Assembly (NCBI GenBank): GCA_965285935.1
Contig: OZ260663.1
Span: forward strand, 93,062,001-93,126,000
Origin: Ophelia neglecta
Taxonomy: Eukaryota
Direction: 5' to 3'
Length of the DNA stretch: 64,000 nucleotides
Of this stretch, positions 23,595 to 36,641 are shown in pieces (position 1 is the stretch's first letter; each line of letters starts with the position of its first letter). Both the position numbers and the translations under genes were made by a program. The notes beneath the pieces are model-generated. The model ran no database searches, was not told where the DNA came from, and saw nothing but the letters and a program-made list of their open reading frames with translations.

Positions 23595-26500
23595 ATGGAT
23601 ACCCTGATAAAATTCGTTATTCAAAGCTTCATAATCACAGCTTTATGGATTAATACAGGGAGCTCTAGTAAGTACTGAATATTCATTATCATTATAACAA
23701 GTACCGATCGCATTGTCCAATGAGCGAGGAAAGCAGGCACCGAGCTGTCCTACTTAGACACAGCTTGGGTTTGCTTTATACCTCTGCTTATAGTACGCCG
23801 CTATTGTACCGGCCTCCATATGCTAAGAAAAACGCATTGGGGTCACATTTATTATTTGTTGAATGGTAATAATGCACATTCTTTAATTTCGTAAAGAAGT
23901 CATGGGCCGTAACATGTTTTCTTTATTTTCATATATTTGGTCTACTCATATTCATGCAAACCACGCACATCAAAGCGTGTATATATGAGCTCAGACCTGT
24001 ATGTTCCATCAAGCAGGAAGCAGCTATTCTATTTAGTTCATCCACCCCCACCCACCGCCCCCCATAGCATTTTTTCAATTTGATTCTCTATACCGTTTTT
24101 TCCCCTTTGTAATCAAAAATACTCCATCAATATGCATTGCTGGACTTTCAAATTAATGACCATTCACGCAGTAAATACTGAGATTATTCAATCTGAGAAT
24201 ATCAATGTACTGTGTAGTGCATATGTCATATGATAAGAATAAAAAAAATGTCGAACACGAAATTTTACCATGCTAACTTATTTAACTTTTCCTTTGTTTA
24301 CAAATACTGGTGTATCGCGGTGTTCTTATCTACTTAAGGACAAATGTACACCTCGATATATGTGGTTTTCCGTCCCCAATCCTTTGATTTCATGTGGCAA
24401 ATAATGGCCGTCATGTTTTGTGTATATATAAGAGTAATTTTCGCGAACATTTCCAAAATTTCGCGCAAAGGTCACATGGGATGCCCTAAAATGCATGGGT
24501 AACAATTGACCGATATCCGCTCAAGTCAAGCTTGCCGTTCCTTTCAATTCTCCCTACTATAGACGAAATGTTTTACATGACATTTGTGAAACAAACAATG
24601 CCAAAATTGACTTTTTGCTTTAATTTTTGTGAATAAACATTTTAGTATTGCTATATCAGTAAATAATTCGGCTCTTAAAGTACAAATTCCGCATCATTCT
24701 TTTTCTATATGTTGCAAATATGTGAACCTTTAGAATATCAAATTTGATCAGTGAAGTAATTAGGAATACTACACATTCCTGCTGGTAGTGTACATTTTGT
24801 TTCGGTTTACAGTCGAAAGTCGGTTCCTCCTTAATAACGGGTTATTCCTTTCCTGTTGGGTATTAGCGGTAAACTTCGCAAAGCTACTTCTGCATTTCTG
24901 AAAGCGCTCGGATTGTGTAAACACCCACGAGCCACAAAGAGCCAAATTTTTCTATTCAACGCTTTGTTTTGCATAGCGCGGCGCTTTGCGGCGTGGTGCG
25001 TGGTGCATCGTGACTTGGTGAATTGTTTTGTTCGGCAGTTCGATGGCCACTAAGGTTTCTCCTGAGCTTTAATAATATCTACTCACAAATGAATCGGAAT
25101 CATATGTAAATGGCGGCAGAAAAGCCTTAGAACAGGGATAATGATTATGATAATTTTATTGTTAGAAAGTTATACATCCACCATCACTTGGAAAAAACAT
25201 AGAACATATAAAGACAACCAGTACTCTTCATAAAATAGTCACCCTTTGGGGAGGGGGGGGGGGGGAAGGGGCACTGTAAATTATGAACCACAAACGTAAA
25301 TAATCCTATATGCAATGCGTTTTCCTCCTTTCTCCCTTCTACCAAGAGGCCCTCGGTATTGTCCTCCCTTCATTTGAAGCCCGGCTTGATTTTTCTATTC
25401 TAGCACCACTAACCCCACTCGTATTTACTTTCTAGACCATCACTTATTCGTACATCCCTATAAGCCTAAGTATAGGATACGTATGTATCTTCGTTGGTCT
25501 TTCAGAACAGCACGACGTTTGTTTCTGGAGTACATACAATGCTATATGTGAACATAATGAGGTCATACAAATGAATCATGCACTTTACGGACGGATGTCG
25601 GTAGGAAGCTGCATACCGGAGGCTTTCAGGATGGGCTGTCAGGTAGACGTGATGAGTTACATGGACACCGCTTGTTCTGGAAAACAGTCGTGTCAGATAA
25701 AACTGCCTGACGATGACCTAGCGGCAGCACATCAACCTTGTCCACGAGGGTTGGAGTCCTATCTGCAGTTAAAATACAGCTGCATAGCTGGTAGGTAAAT
25801 TTCTCAATTTTTCAGATATCAATATACAATGTACAGTGGGAACCCGCTTTAAAGTTCACCTCTATAATCATACCACCAGTCATTTCAGACCACTAATGTA
25901 TACTTTCAATGTTGAATAACTAAACAGACTAAACTGACTACCTCTGAAATCAGACCAGTATTTTCCAGTCCCTTGGGTGGTCTTAATTCACAGGTGTCAC
26001 TGTGTGATAAGCTATAACTTAATACCTATTACCCCTAACAGTAACATGGTTTATATTTGTTTGGATTCTATGCTCCACGGACAACTTTGGCAGTTTTAGG
26101 AAAATATAAATTTGCTTGCATTCTCTTCAAATATATATAATCAGCTAAAAAGTTAATATAAGGGGTCACAACAACAATTAATCACAACGTTCATAAATTT
26201 GGATGGTAAAACGGTATTCAATATAGGAATACATTATAATACTTAAGTTTGCGAGATGCATATGTCCAATGACATACTTGAATGATGTCTGTATTTTCTC
26301 CGACGCCAATTTTCTCAGCAGATCTATGTTCAAATATGTTTCTTCTCACTTCCTCTAAGGGGTAAAACAATGATCAGATAATACTTCCATTGGATGGGGC
26401 GTTCAGAATGAATATGTTGTTTTACACTTAAAATAGCATTTCCACCAATTCCCTTTTCACCACGGTAAAATCACAGCATTGGACCCAAAATAATAACTTG

Positions 26501-28853
26501 ATGGAGGGATGCTGTGGTGACATTTGCAGAAATTCATCATATGTAACAACCTATATTAAATGTTAAAGGCAACGTTAAAGCTTTCACCGCTGTTGGCATT
26601 GATAAACATTGGGTTTAAATCGTATAAATAATATTTTCAGTGCACAGCTCGACCACGCCGTGTGCCGACAGTGCCATAGCTGTCACTGGACAAACTGGGT
26701 TGCTGGCCAATTTTATAACGGAACGGACTGGTCAAGGATCCCAGCAGTGCCCATGGTTGGTTCGTGGGTCTCCTGGACAGAAAATACGCCTCACAATATA
26801 TGATTATGGCGTGCTAAATACTCATGTCGACTCTGGAGTTAGAGAACCGGGGTTACGGCAACCAGAGAGAACAGACATATGTCACATATACGCAAGGGTT
26901 ACAGAAGGTAATTTTTGATATAAATAATTAAAATTGTATTACATATGGAATGTTTTATTTGCCTGGAACGTATTATGCTTCGTAAGGCGTCAGATATTTC
27001 TAATACGTATATGCCTGGTTTCATCAGCAGACCCCACCGAGGGTTCCATCACAGTTTGTGGGGGCGAAGCAAGAGAGAAAATAGCGTACCTTTCGGAGAC
27101 AAATGTAGTGCACGTCATTTTAACCGACCCAAAACACAGTCAAATCCCGGCGTATTTTCTGCTTCGTTACGAAAGTGAGTAAAACTTGGACAACACGCAT
27201 CTAACAATTTGATTGTCATAAACGTGTTTGTAATTCGAAATATCTCGTCACAATTGTCCTCAATTTCATCTATCTAATCATTTAACCATTCATAAAATAC
27301 CGTGTCCATCCAAATCAAATGACATTCGGGATCTCTCTATTTCAGTCATTGGATGCCTTACGTACACACCACCAATGGGCGCTGTTTTCGTGCAACATGA
27401 TAACGATATATCAGTTACATGTAGAGCTAGCGGGACTGAGTGGAGAGTGGTGTGTGATGGGACGCAGTGGCAAGCGGAAGGAAACGTCACAAACTGTACT
27501 GAGCCACGTACGTGCAAAAAGAGGAACCAGAAAAACTAGTTTAACATTAATTTCTAATTAATTATTATTCAATAATGCATTTACAAGAACAATTGTATTT
27601 CAGACCTGAATACAAGAGGAATGGACAAAAGCGTGCCATCCATATCGTCCCAAGCACTATTGGAGGGTGGAATTACCTTATCTCAAGGTGAGGATTAATA
27701 GCAAACTTTTAACTGCAATATAACTATAACAACCTTATATGACGTTGAATGTTACTTATGTCTCATAAATTATGTATGCATAAAAAAACGTGAATACATT
27801 CTTCTAAAAAATAAATTCAGCATTTGCCTAATATTTTGCGTGTAAAAATCTGAAAATAATAATCAATTGAACTTTTTTGAATGCCTTCTGTTATGAGATT
27901 GAAAATGGCTCTTTTTTTCAGGACTCGTAATTGCATTCTTTTTATCAATTGCTGTACTCATAGCGGTCATTATCATGGTAATCGGCATTTTTGTTCTTCG
28001 AAGGTAAGTGGTGGGTTTCGTAATAAAACATTGATCCAACTTTCAAGGATTTAGTTGGTTTTATTGTGTGCATCGTGTAATGTCTAACTTGTTTCTATAT
28101 TATGAATTCACATGGAATAATTTTTCAACAATATTTCATAGTCTGGCATAAGTCAAATATGGAGTTAAATCTGGGGATTGTGGCTGGTGGTTTCAGATTA
28201 TTTCAATCCGAGTAAATGGACTATTCCTGAGTAATGATTTTGCTTTTTGTCTGTGGTGTATCCAATCCCGCTTTCTCTGTATTAGAGTAATCGCTTAAGG
28301 GGCTTACGGAAATAAGGAATTCTATATAGCGCCCTTTATGTTATACACATTTCTTATTTTCAGGAGGCGTGGCAGTGTGCTAGAATCAACTTCGGGATAC
28401 AACGGTAAAGAACATTTTCCCATGCTGTCAAAAGATCAGAGAGCTCAGCAGTATCTCCTTGATAAGAGTTATACTACTACCGCACACAGGCACTCGGCTG
28501 TACCCCAAGTCACTGTCACTCCTCGTGAGAGTTTTCCACCGCTGCCATTACCACCGATGAGAACATCCTCAGACACCGAGAACTGTGCTATTCATGGGAC
28601 ATTAGGCCGTGGCCGCTATCAACGAAATAGCGACCAGACAACACAGTCTTTCATTGATCAGAGTTCACTTGATGGTTGGCCAAATTCCTTACGTAGCACA
28701 CGCGGTAGAACCAAGGATCATTTCTACCACGAATTGGACCCGGAACATACCAATGTCCTCATTGGGCAGTCGCTGGATAACACAGAATCCGAACTCGAGA
28801 CGGCTCCACTTCCTGATGTGTTGTCAGCTTCCACTTGCGGACACACTAATTAA
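23595..28853 (+). CDS. Receptor copy A5, 528 aa
   Basis: Exons 23595-23667, 25506-25790, 26641-26907, 27031-27174, 27346-27507, 27604-27687, 27922-28003, 28364-28853. Total 1587 nt, in frame. Confidence 0.88.
25834..26002. mobile_element. Tc1/mariner-type MITE in A5 intron 2
   Basis: TA|CAGTG...CACTG|TG termini; absent at the homologous site of A4 (~19455-19470, ACAACGTATATGATAAG). Confidence 0.7.
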
Positions 28854-29315
28854 GGTGATATTTAAACCATCGTAAGTTTACAATGTCCATTTCACAAATT
28901 GCTGAATATTCATTTAAGAATATTAGAAATATTCACGTCTGTGTTAATATACTGTTGGATAAATTTATAAGTTCAGTGTCATATACATAGTGGATAGTTT
29001 AATCCCATTTCCAACACAACAAAAGAAAAAAAGGAATGATTACACAATTAACTGCAGAAATTAACTCATTATTGTGATCGTGAGCTACATCTGAATACAT
29101 TGTGAGTGATTCTGAATAGCACTTTGACAATTTATACGTGGAGCCATATTCTTAGTAGTGTCAATGGATCTAGGATACGTTATTGCTTGCGTCATTGAAA
29201 ACGTGTGATAAGTAATCTTATTCCGATGTATAACCGATTAATTATTTATGATGCCAGTTTTGCTTATACTACTTTTATAAGTAATATACTGTATTTAAAA
29301 TATATTCGAAAAAGT

Positions 29316-29430
29316 GAGCGCCGTTCATAGTGATACGTACTGCGCCTTCCCTGTGTTTACCAATCATTGCACTGCGCTGTGGCATTGTTTACGTCGTGTT
29401 CTGATACTGGCACTACCATTTTGTGAAAAA
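29316..29430 (+). promoter_or_regulatory. Conserved upstream element, diverged (before B3)
   Basis: Recognisable TACTGCGCC..TTTACCAATCATTGCACTGCGC..GTTCTGATACTGGCACTACCA. Confidence 0.6.
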
Positions 29431-31908
29431 CTAGGTTAAATAATTTAAGACACAGACAATTACAATGAATATCTGGAGTTCTTCATTCTAATCTTAGCGA
29501 TGATGAAGATTTGGATACCAACAGTAAAATCTAGTAAGTACTGCATCTCATTATTCAGACCTAGGGGACGCCATCTTAAGCAGCCAAACGGCTCCATGTT
29601 TTCGGATCACGTATTTAAGCGACAGCGAGGAATCCTATGCAGTTATCATAATTATTATTACATTACAAGTTATTTTTAATTCTTCAACGGTTTCGTTCAG
29701 CCTGCAACGGTAATTAAAGGTTTTATTGTACTATGGGTTGTTCCCTTAGCTAAAAATACATGTTAAAAATACAAGTTATGTATTATAATTTAATTCAGCC
29801 AGCCAATGTGTTTACATTGATATAACTCAGCTAGTACAAGTTAATCAACACGGACATTTCCGTGTAAGCATCATAACCCCCCCCCCCCTCCCTCCTCTTC
29901 TGACCTCTCCCTCTTAATCGGTGCTCTACAAATGCCTAGTCCACCTCTCTTTAAAGACAATAACTCGGGACAGCCGAATGTTTCACATAATAACAATTTT
30001 ACCAGCCATGCACTAGGAATTAAAAGTGTGAACGATTGAGAAGCAGTTATAATGTTGGTATATATGTTAAGTTAGTAACGCTGGACGTATAAATAATTTC
30101 TTGATATCGTATGTATTGATCTTAAATTAACTGACATAGAAGCATCAGTACGAAGTAGTTTTTTAGCAAGTTTAAATGTACCCATCAATGTATCGTCAGT
30201 TAACATGGACTATATTTATTCTATCTTTACTGGTAATGATTGAATTAGAGCCTAACAAAAACGAACGCTAATATTCAATTCTTATTAATATGCATAACAT
30301 TCATTTCGCATTCATTTGAATGATTGGCAACGGATGTAGATTTTTATAAGGAGCAATGCGGACGTTGTACAGGATTTCCCGATGCTACCCATAGAAAAGA
30401 AAAAAAAAGTCTGCTCTACGCTTGCTACCGAAAATTCACAAATATTTGTTTTAAGGCAAACACTTTTTTGGGGAAATAACAAGTAAGAAGCGTATGGTCA
30501 GGGAATGATACAGTATAACAAGTTAGAATTCAGTTATATGGAAACATTCAATGACAATTAGTTAACCGTTATCTATGATACAAGTCGAACCGCAGAAGAA
30601 ACTTGTCAGTGAGCAGTAAGACGAAGATGGAGTAAGTCTTAGAAAAGTCTAGGATTGTCTAGGTTTATGGCGAATGCTTCATGCCAACTATAAATACTTG
30701 TTAGATGTTAACGGGCTGCAGCTGCTAGTTCCAGGGGAATTTGTCCGATTTTTTAATAGTTTTTGATAAACAATTTTGTTATCGTTGGCTATCCACGACC
30801 GTCTTGTGATTAATGTTCTTGATACATGCCGCATTATGTCTACATCTATTGACAAATAGGTTCGTACTGTACCAGCCGTAAAACAAGTAACAAGGATGCT
30901 AGTTAATGCACTGAAAACATGTAGACCTAGCGACTCCATTTATTCCATTACAGTGGCTTTGTATTAAGGCGAGGCGTGTATATTGTTTACCGAGCGGCTT
31001 GGCGTGACGCCAGTTGGATCTGCCACGCACCTCATTCGAATATATGAAGAGCACAGACTTGTTTTACTACAGGAATATAAACACCCACGTATTGGTTAAA
31101 CAGAAGCACTACAAAAACTAGCAGCACAGTTTGAATGTTAATATTTAAGTACTGTTTAACACCACCCACCCCCCAACCCCCCGCGCAGGTTTAAGACCGA
31201 AAATCAACAATTTAGACGCATCTGTTTGTCAAATCTAGATGCTCATATTCAATAACTAATCATAAAATTTGCTCAAAAGATGAAAACTAAATGATAATAA
31301 CGGACTTGTGGTTAACATTTAAACGTAGAAAGTTAAGTTTATGGTGAGGTTTGACAGATACATAGCATCGACGGAAAGCCCGTTACTAGCAGTGTACACA
31401 AAACAGCTGTTGAATAATCTTCATAATTAATCAATAGTACTAGCAGCAGCGTTTGCACTAGATAATGTGCCTTTCATCTATCTAAGTGCCTTTCAGCGAG
31501 CATGCTAGAATTATTGATCGGCTGCATTAGCTAGATTGCCCGTACCTGTTTTACACTGGCGCAATGAGTCATGCTGCCCTACATACTGGCTGGCATGTGG
31601 GTTGTTTTGTCATCGGTACTAGATATCGGACGATATACGGGCAGCCGCTTGTGTTCGGTTTTCTACACACTCTCCGATATTGAATGTTTGATATAATACT
31701 ATTCCCATAACAATCATACTCACTGTTTAGAAACCTATTTAATGATGTTTACTGGCAAAGGTAATCACGCACAGCATCTGTTTGCTACTAAGTTTTAAAA
31801 AAAGTACATTCTAATCATATATCCAATTTCATATTCCTTCAATCCATTCTTATAATATAGAGAATTGCCTGAAATCTCATGTATAAATAAATCGTGGGGT
31901 TTTAAAAC

Positions 31909-32246
31909 CTTGCTTTGCCATTATATCTATATCGAGATAAACACAGATTGCCTGTCTTAGCGGAGAAACAGCGCTAAAATTGCAAAACCTGAGACAGAAC
32001 CTGTCGCACAGCTTAGCTTTTCGCATTGACCAGGCGAGGCATATTCTAATACACAATCCCAGACTGTAGTATTCTTGCTTTGCCATTATATCTATATCAC
32101 GGTAAACACAGATTGCATGTCTTAGCATGTTAGGGGAGAAACAGCGCTAAAATTGCAAAACCTGAGACAGAACCTGTCGCACAGCTTAGCTTCCCGCATT
32201 GACCAGGCGAGGCATATTCTAATACACAATCCCAGACCGTAGTATT
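31909..32246. repeat. Tandem duplication of ~165-173 bp
   Basis: 31909-32073 and 32074-32246 both begin CTTGCTTTGCCATTATATCTATATC and end CCCAGAC(T/C)GTAGTATT. Confidence 0.9.
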
Positions 32247-32291
32247 GATGCTGGTCTAGATAAGAGTTTAAGTACTCGCTCCCATGCCGAG

Positions 32292-32362
32292 CCAGCCTGG
32301 TATCTGTCTATACATGTTCTGCGGAAGGCATGCACGGGAAGGCAATTCATGTACCAGGCTGG
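32292..32362. mobile_element. Possible tiny MITE
   Basis: 11-bp inverted termini CCAGCCTGGTA...TACCAGGCTGG; no clear TSD. Confidence 0.35.
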
Positions 32363-34613
32363 AATAGGTGTATCGATTACAAACCGCAATATTCTAAATC
32401 TCTGCTATAACCAATGTGTCTGGCTTAGAGCTTTAGTATGCGCACCCTGGCGTCTACAAGCTTGAACATGGATATTGATCTGGTTGTGGTGCTTATGCCA
32501 CTATGGTTATCAACAGGGCGGATCCAAAGTCTTACCAAGGTTGTAGTCTATCATATGGGAGGTTTGGTTGGGTAATCGCTCCCAAACGCGGGCTACATAA
32601 GCGTGCCATGTTAATCTTATGAAAGTGTCTATTAATTATTTCAGCCTTTGGGTGAAACTTAAAACAAACAAGACCTGGAAGTGGGTGGTGTTTTGGAGGA
32701 GAGGGGCCTCACCTCTGTTCTCAAATCCGCCTCTACTATGACATTTGGTATCATTCTGTCAATATAGTTTTTAAATCTCAGGAGATATCGATTTGGCCCG
32801 GTTATATTTCTGTGTGAATGTAGGACATTATCAGATGTTTGTAATGTCAGACGGTGTTAACAAGAACAGACAGTATGTTTCCCATTGTACTTATCTTCTA
32901 TTTAGAGCCAGCATGTGTGTACATGAATATTCGCTAGCTGTTCAAACTGTATAGATTGTTAAGCCATATGTTCAGTGATCATTGGTCTTATATAAATTGT
33001 CCTTATAGTGCGCAAACCGCAATAAAAACATATTCTACACTATTTGTATCGGAGTTTCCCGCATGGAAATGTCTATTGAATAGTAAATTATCACATAGCA
33101 GTGTGCGTTGTTTAGTGACCCTTGGTTTGTGCCACTTCATAATTGTCAGTTGTTAGACTGACCTACATTGAGTACAGTGCATATTTTAAAGCGATGTTTA
33201 AATCGGTTTCCAGCTATATGTGTGTCGACACACATTTTGTCATGCAGAGAGAAAAAAAGGGGTGGCCATCCATTTGATTGATTTATTCAAATAGCATACT
33301 AAGCTCTACTATAGCATCAGCGGTAATCACATCACCCACACCACTTACTCTTCTAAGGTCAAGCTTAATTCTCTCATTTTCATTCCGACATTGCATGCAG
33401 TAATATAGACAAAGCGGTCTTGTAGAACATGCATTAGTGTGTACTTTTTTCATAAACGTCTGAAACCCTCTAGCAGTACCAGCTGCATATTCAAATAATA
33501 GCAGAAATATCGGTATGGCATTATGTCTATCAAGTTCGTGATTTTACAGGAATACAATCATGTGCCAAAAGTCTATTAAACTGTCTGATGTCTCTTATTA
33601 AGAATTATATTATTCTAGGGTGCGCTAAATTGTCATTCAAAGGTCGATCAAATACATATGAAAGGTTCGTATTTTCTCAGCCATTAAATGCAGTGTTTAT
33701 GTGATATATAGGCCCTACAATATGCAATGGTTTTCATGGTCATTTGACGAGGACATCCTATAACGACTTAATAACTTTTATATCCCGCTTTTCCATACAT
33801 ATGATCGGTGCTCCTTACAATAGCACATACCAATAATAAATTACAAAATTATAGCCGTTGTCGTTTACTTAGAATGACTAGATATAGTACACGACTGATT
33901 ATTATGATTAACTCAGGACTGTATTGCAAATAAATTAGTGTAATACATCATCTATACAAACCATAATTTTTTTATACATCCTATATTCATTTGGCATGCA
34001 TGTAAATTCTATATATGTATAGACATGTACATATATATACGTGTGTGATTGGCAAAATGTCACAATGTTCCATGTGGTTCTTGCATTTGAAACAATAGAC
34101 GTCCCAAGAATCGAAATCTCAAGGTTATCCCGTTATCCTTGAATGAACGGGACCGGTTTCGGCCTTTTTTCTCTAGTTAATCGCCATGTTGTAAGTAAAA
34201 TAACAAATCCAAACCATTACGGTAAATGTTGAGTATAACATGCCACAATATTGTCTATCATGTGATAACATACGTTTGAGATGTATAATCAGACATTCCT
34301 GGAGACTGACAGTCAAGTCAAGTTTATCTTATTTGATTTAAAATAATAGGTCTTAAAGGTTGGTATAAAGATCAAGAAGCCAAGTGTGTTTTAAATATGG
34401 ATATGTTATAGCAAATTCTATATTCCTGTTTCGAAGTTATTCCCTATTTCGAGGTGGTCTAAAAACGGTTGAACGTATACGTAACATTTTGTTTCAAATA
34501 TTGTAACCAGTCCACTCGGATACGATATATGAAAACCACTAATTTTTACTTACGACGCACAAGATCTGTCAAAATCTGATATCTGGCCGTCTCCACCGCG
34601 GTGAGTTGCAAAA

Positions 34614-34938
34614 TTGGTTGGTTGGATTTTGGAGGTTTTATGTGGCTTTCAACACTTGTCGGTCATATCGCCACGGTGTCTTCTTGTGACAAAGGGCTCG
34701 ATGCCCTCTTTGGAGTGTTGCCCCACTGAAGTACCTGCCGTAGACCCCAGACAGGGAACCCCACCCAGTCACATTGTACTGACACTGGGTTGACCAGTCC
34801 CGATGCTACCCCCGAAATACCGGGCGCCTGGCAGGGGGGCTATCAGTACCAATTTTTAAGTCTTGGGTTTTGACGCAATCGAGATTTGAACCTCTATCTA
34901 CCACTTGCGAGGCGGACCCTCTAACCACTCGGCCAACC
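34614..34938 (-). mobile_element. tRNA-derived SINE (possibly MetaSINE-like)
   Basis: Minus strand: A box TGGCCGAGTGG (34935-34925), B box GGTTCAAATCTC (34892-34881), body CCCAAGACTTAAAAATTGGTAC..GTGTCAGTACAATGTGACTGGGTGGGG, (CCAA)n tail. Family name is from memory and unverified. Confidence 0.75.
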
Positions 34939-35173
34939 AATTCCAAGTATACAAGGCAATGAATATAACAATGGATTCAACAAGGATGGATACCCCCTGG
35001 TTTATAGAAAAAAAAATTGGTTGATAAAAAAAATACGAGAGTGGATAGCCGGCAGACAAATAATTCATTGATCAAAATTAGTACCTTAAATCTGTCAAAA
35101 TCATCAGAAACCAGCCGCGACAACATCACACACATAATAAGTTAATTTCCAGCTCACCAACAGTAAATAGACA

Positions 35174-35482
35174 GGCTGTTCTGAATCGGCAGACGCGCGA
35201 ACGCGGACCTCCAAAATTTGTAGCATTACGGTATGAACTCTGGCACTGTCAGGAGACTGATCCGACTGGTGTCCAGTCAACTCGCGCGGGCCACAACTCG
35301 CGCGGATGCCAAGTCGCTCGGGGTTATTTTCACAGTTATTGTGTATGGATGGTTTACTGCATTGCCGTGGAGTGTCACACTACGTATGCAACACCAAACA
35401 TGGCGGGACACGTTGTTTTGGTCGTGGAGGGCGCTAAAACTAACTTGTGGTCATTTTACCTCCAGATAGATCGCGAGAATTT

Positions 35483-35531
<49 letters not shown>

Positions 35532-36641
35532 CTGCTCATTCCCATGTCACAGTGCTTTCTAAACTCAGATAATAGAAATGAAATATGTTGGGCGACTACG
35601 TATGGCACTCGAAGGCTAGTTCGCTAGTCACCATAGGGCTTCTTCTGCAAACAGGCCGACTTGGATAAAGCGTGGCTACGTTTAGGAGCGAGTAATGGTT
35701 TCTATTTATTTCCTTTATATTTACAAATCATAAAAGTAGTAATTGATGTCTTGACAACACGTCAAACATACTAAACTATATTAAAACAAGCACGCGCGAG
35801 TTGCCTGCCGTGCGAGTTGGCATATAAAGTCGTGCGAGTTGGGACTGCCACGAACTTATCAAGTAATCACTGACGGGCAATTAATCACATTAATGAAGGA
35901 GGGGGGGGGGGATGGGGGCTAGTCGCTAATACAAGCAGGAATGTGCTAGTGATTTGATGGAGAGGGGGGGGGTGTCAACAAGGCTTTCCCTCTAAAATCC
36001 TTTTTGTATCAAATCACTAATTAACCCCCTAAATAATGATAGATAAAGCTGCATTATTAGGCATGCGATTTCCACTAAAAATAATAGTACCACTATGGGA
36101 TTGCATATTTCATATATATCTGCTGATGCCACATTTCTAATTCCCCCAAAACAGTTAATTAATGTTAATAATTTCGTAACCCCCAATTACAACAGGTGGG
36201 GCCACAATGTATTGGAAAGACCCCCTCACCTCCGATGATTTGTCACCCATAATTATTATAAACCCTTAAACTTTTGTGGGTAGAAATTTTAATCCCTTAA
36301 ACACTACCGACTCAAGCCTAGCTGCCGCAAATATTAACATATACATGTATATAGTGTCGACATGGCCGATATTGTCCGTGGCCGATTTGAGTAATCCCGC
36401 TTTGGTTGTGCCGGTGGTTATAGATTTCGGAAATAATGCTGCCAAGCTTTTAACAAATTATTTCGAGGCCTGCAAGTTGACAGTTGACAGGCAGAGTGTG
36501 ATTATTTCAACTTCCAGACTAATCCAACTGTGCAGGATGTGAGCGATTCGCTGTAGCAGTTACCATAGGCCGTTACCGTAATGCTAGAAAATTTTGGAGG
36601 TCCGCGTTCGCCGTTCGCGCGTCTGCCGATTCAGAACAGCC
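35174..36641. mobile_element. Non-autonomous DNA transposon with 9-bp TSD (Mutator- or Merlin-like)
   Basis: Perfect 30-bp TIR GGCTGTTCTGAATCGGCAGACGCGCGAACG, extending imperfectly to ~60 bp; TSD AAATAGACA at 35165-35173 and 36642-36650; no transposase ORF. Confidence 0.85.
35485..35529. repeat. (AT)n microsatellite
   Basis: About 22 AT units inside the transposon. Confidence 0.95.
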
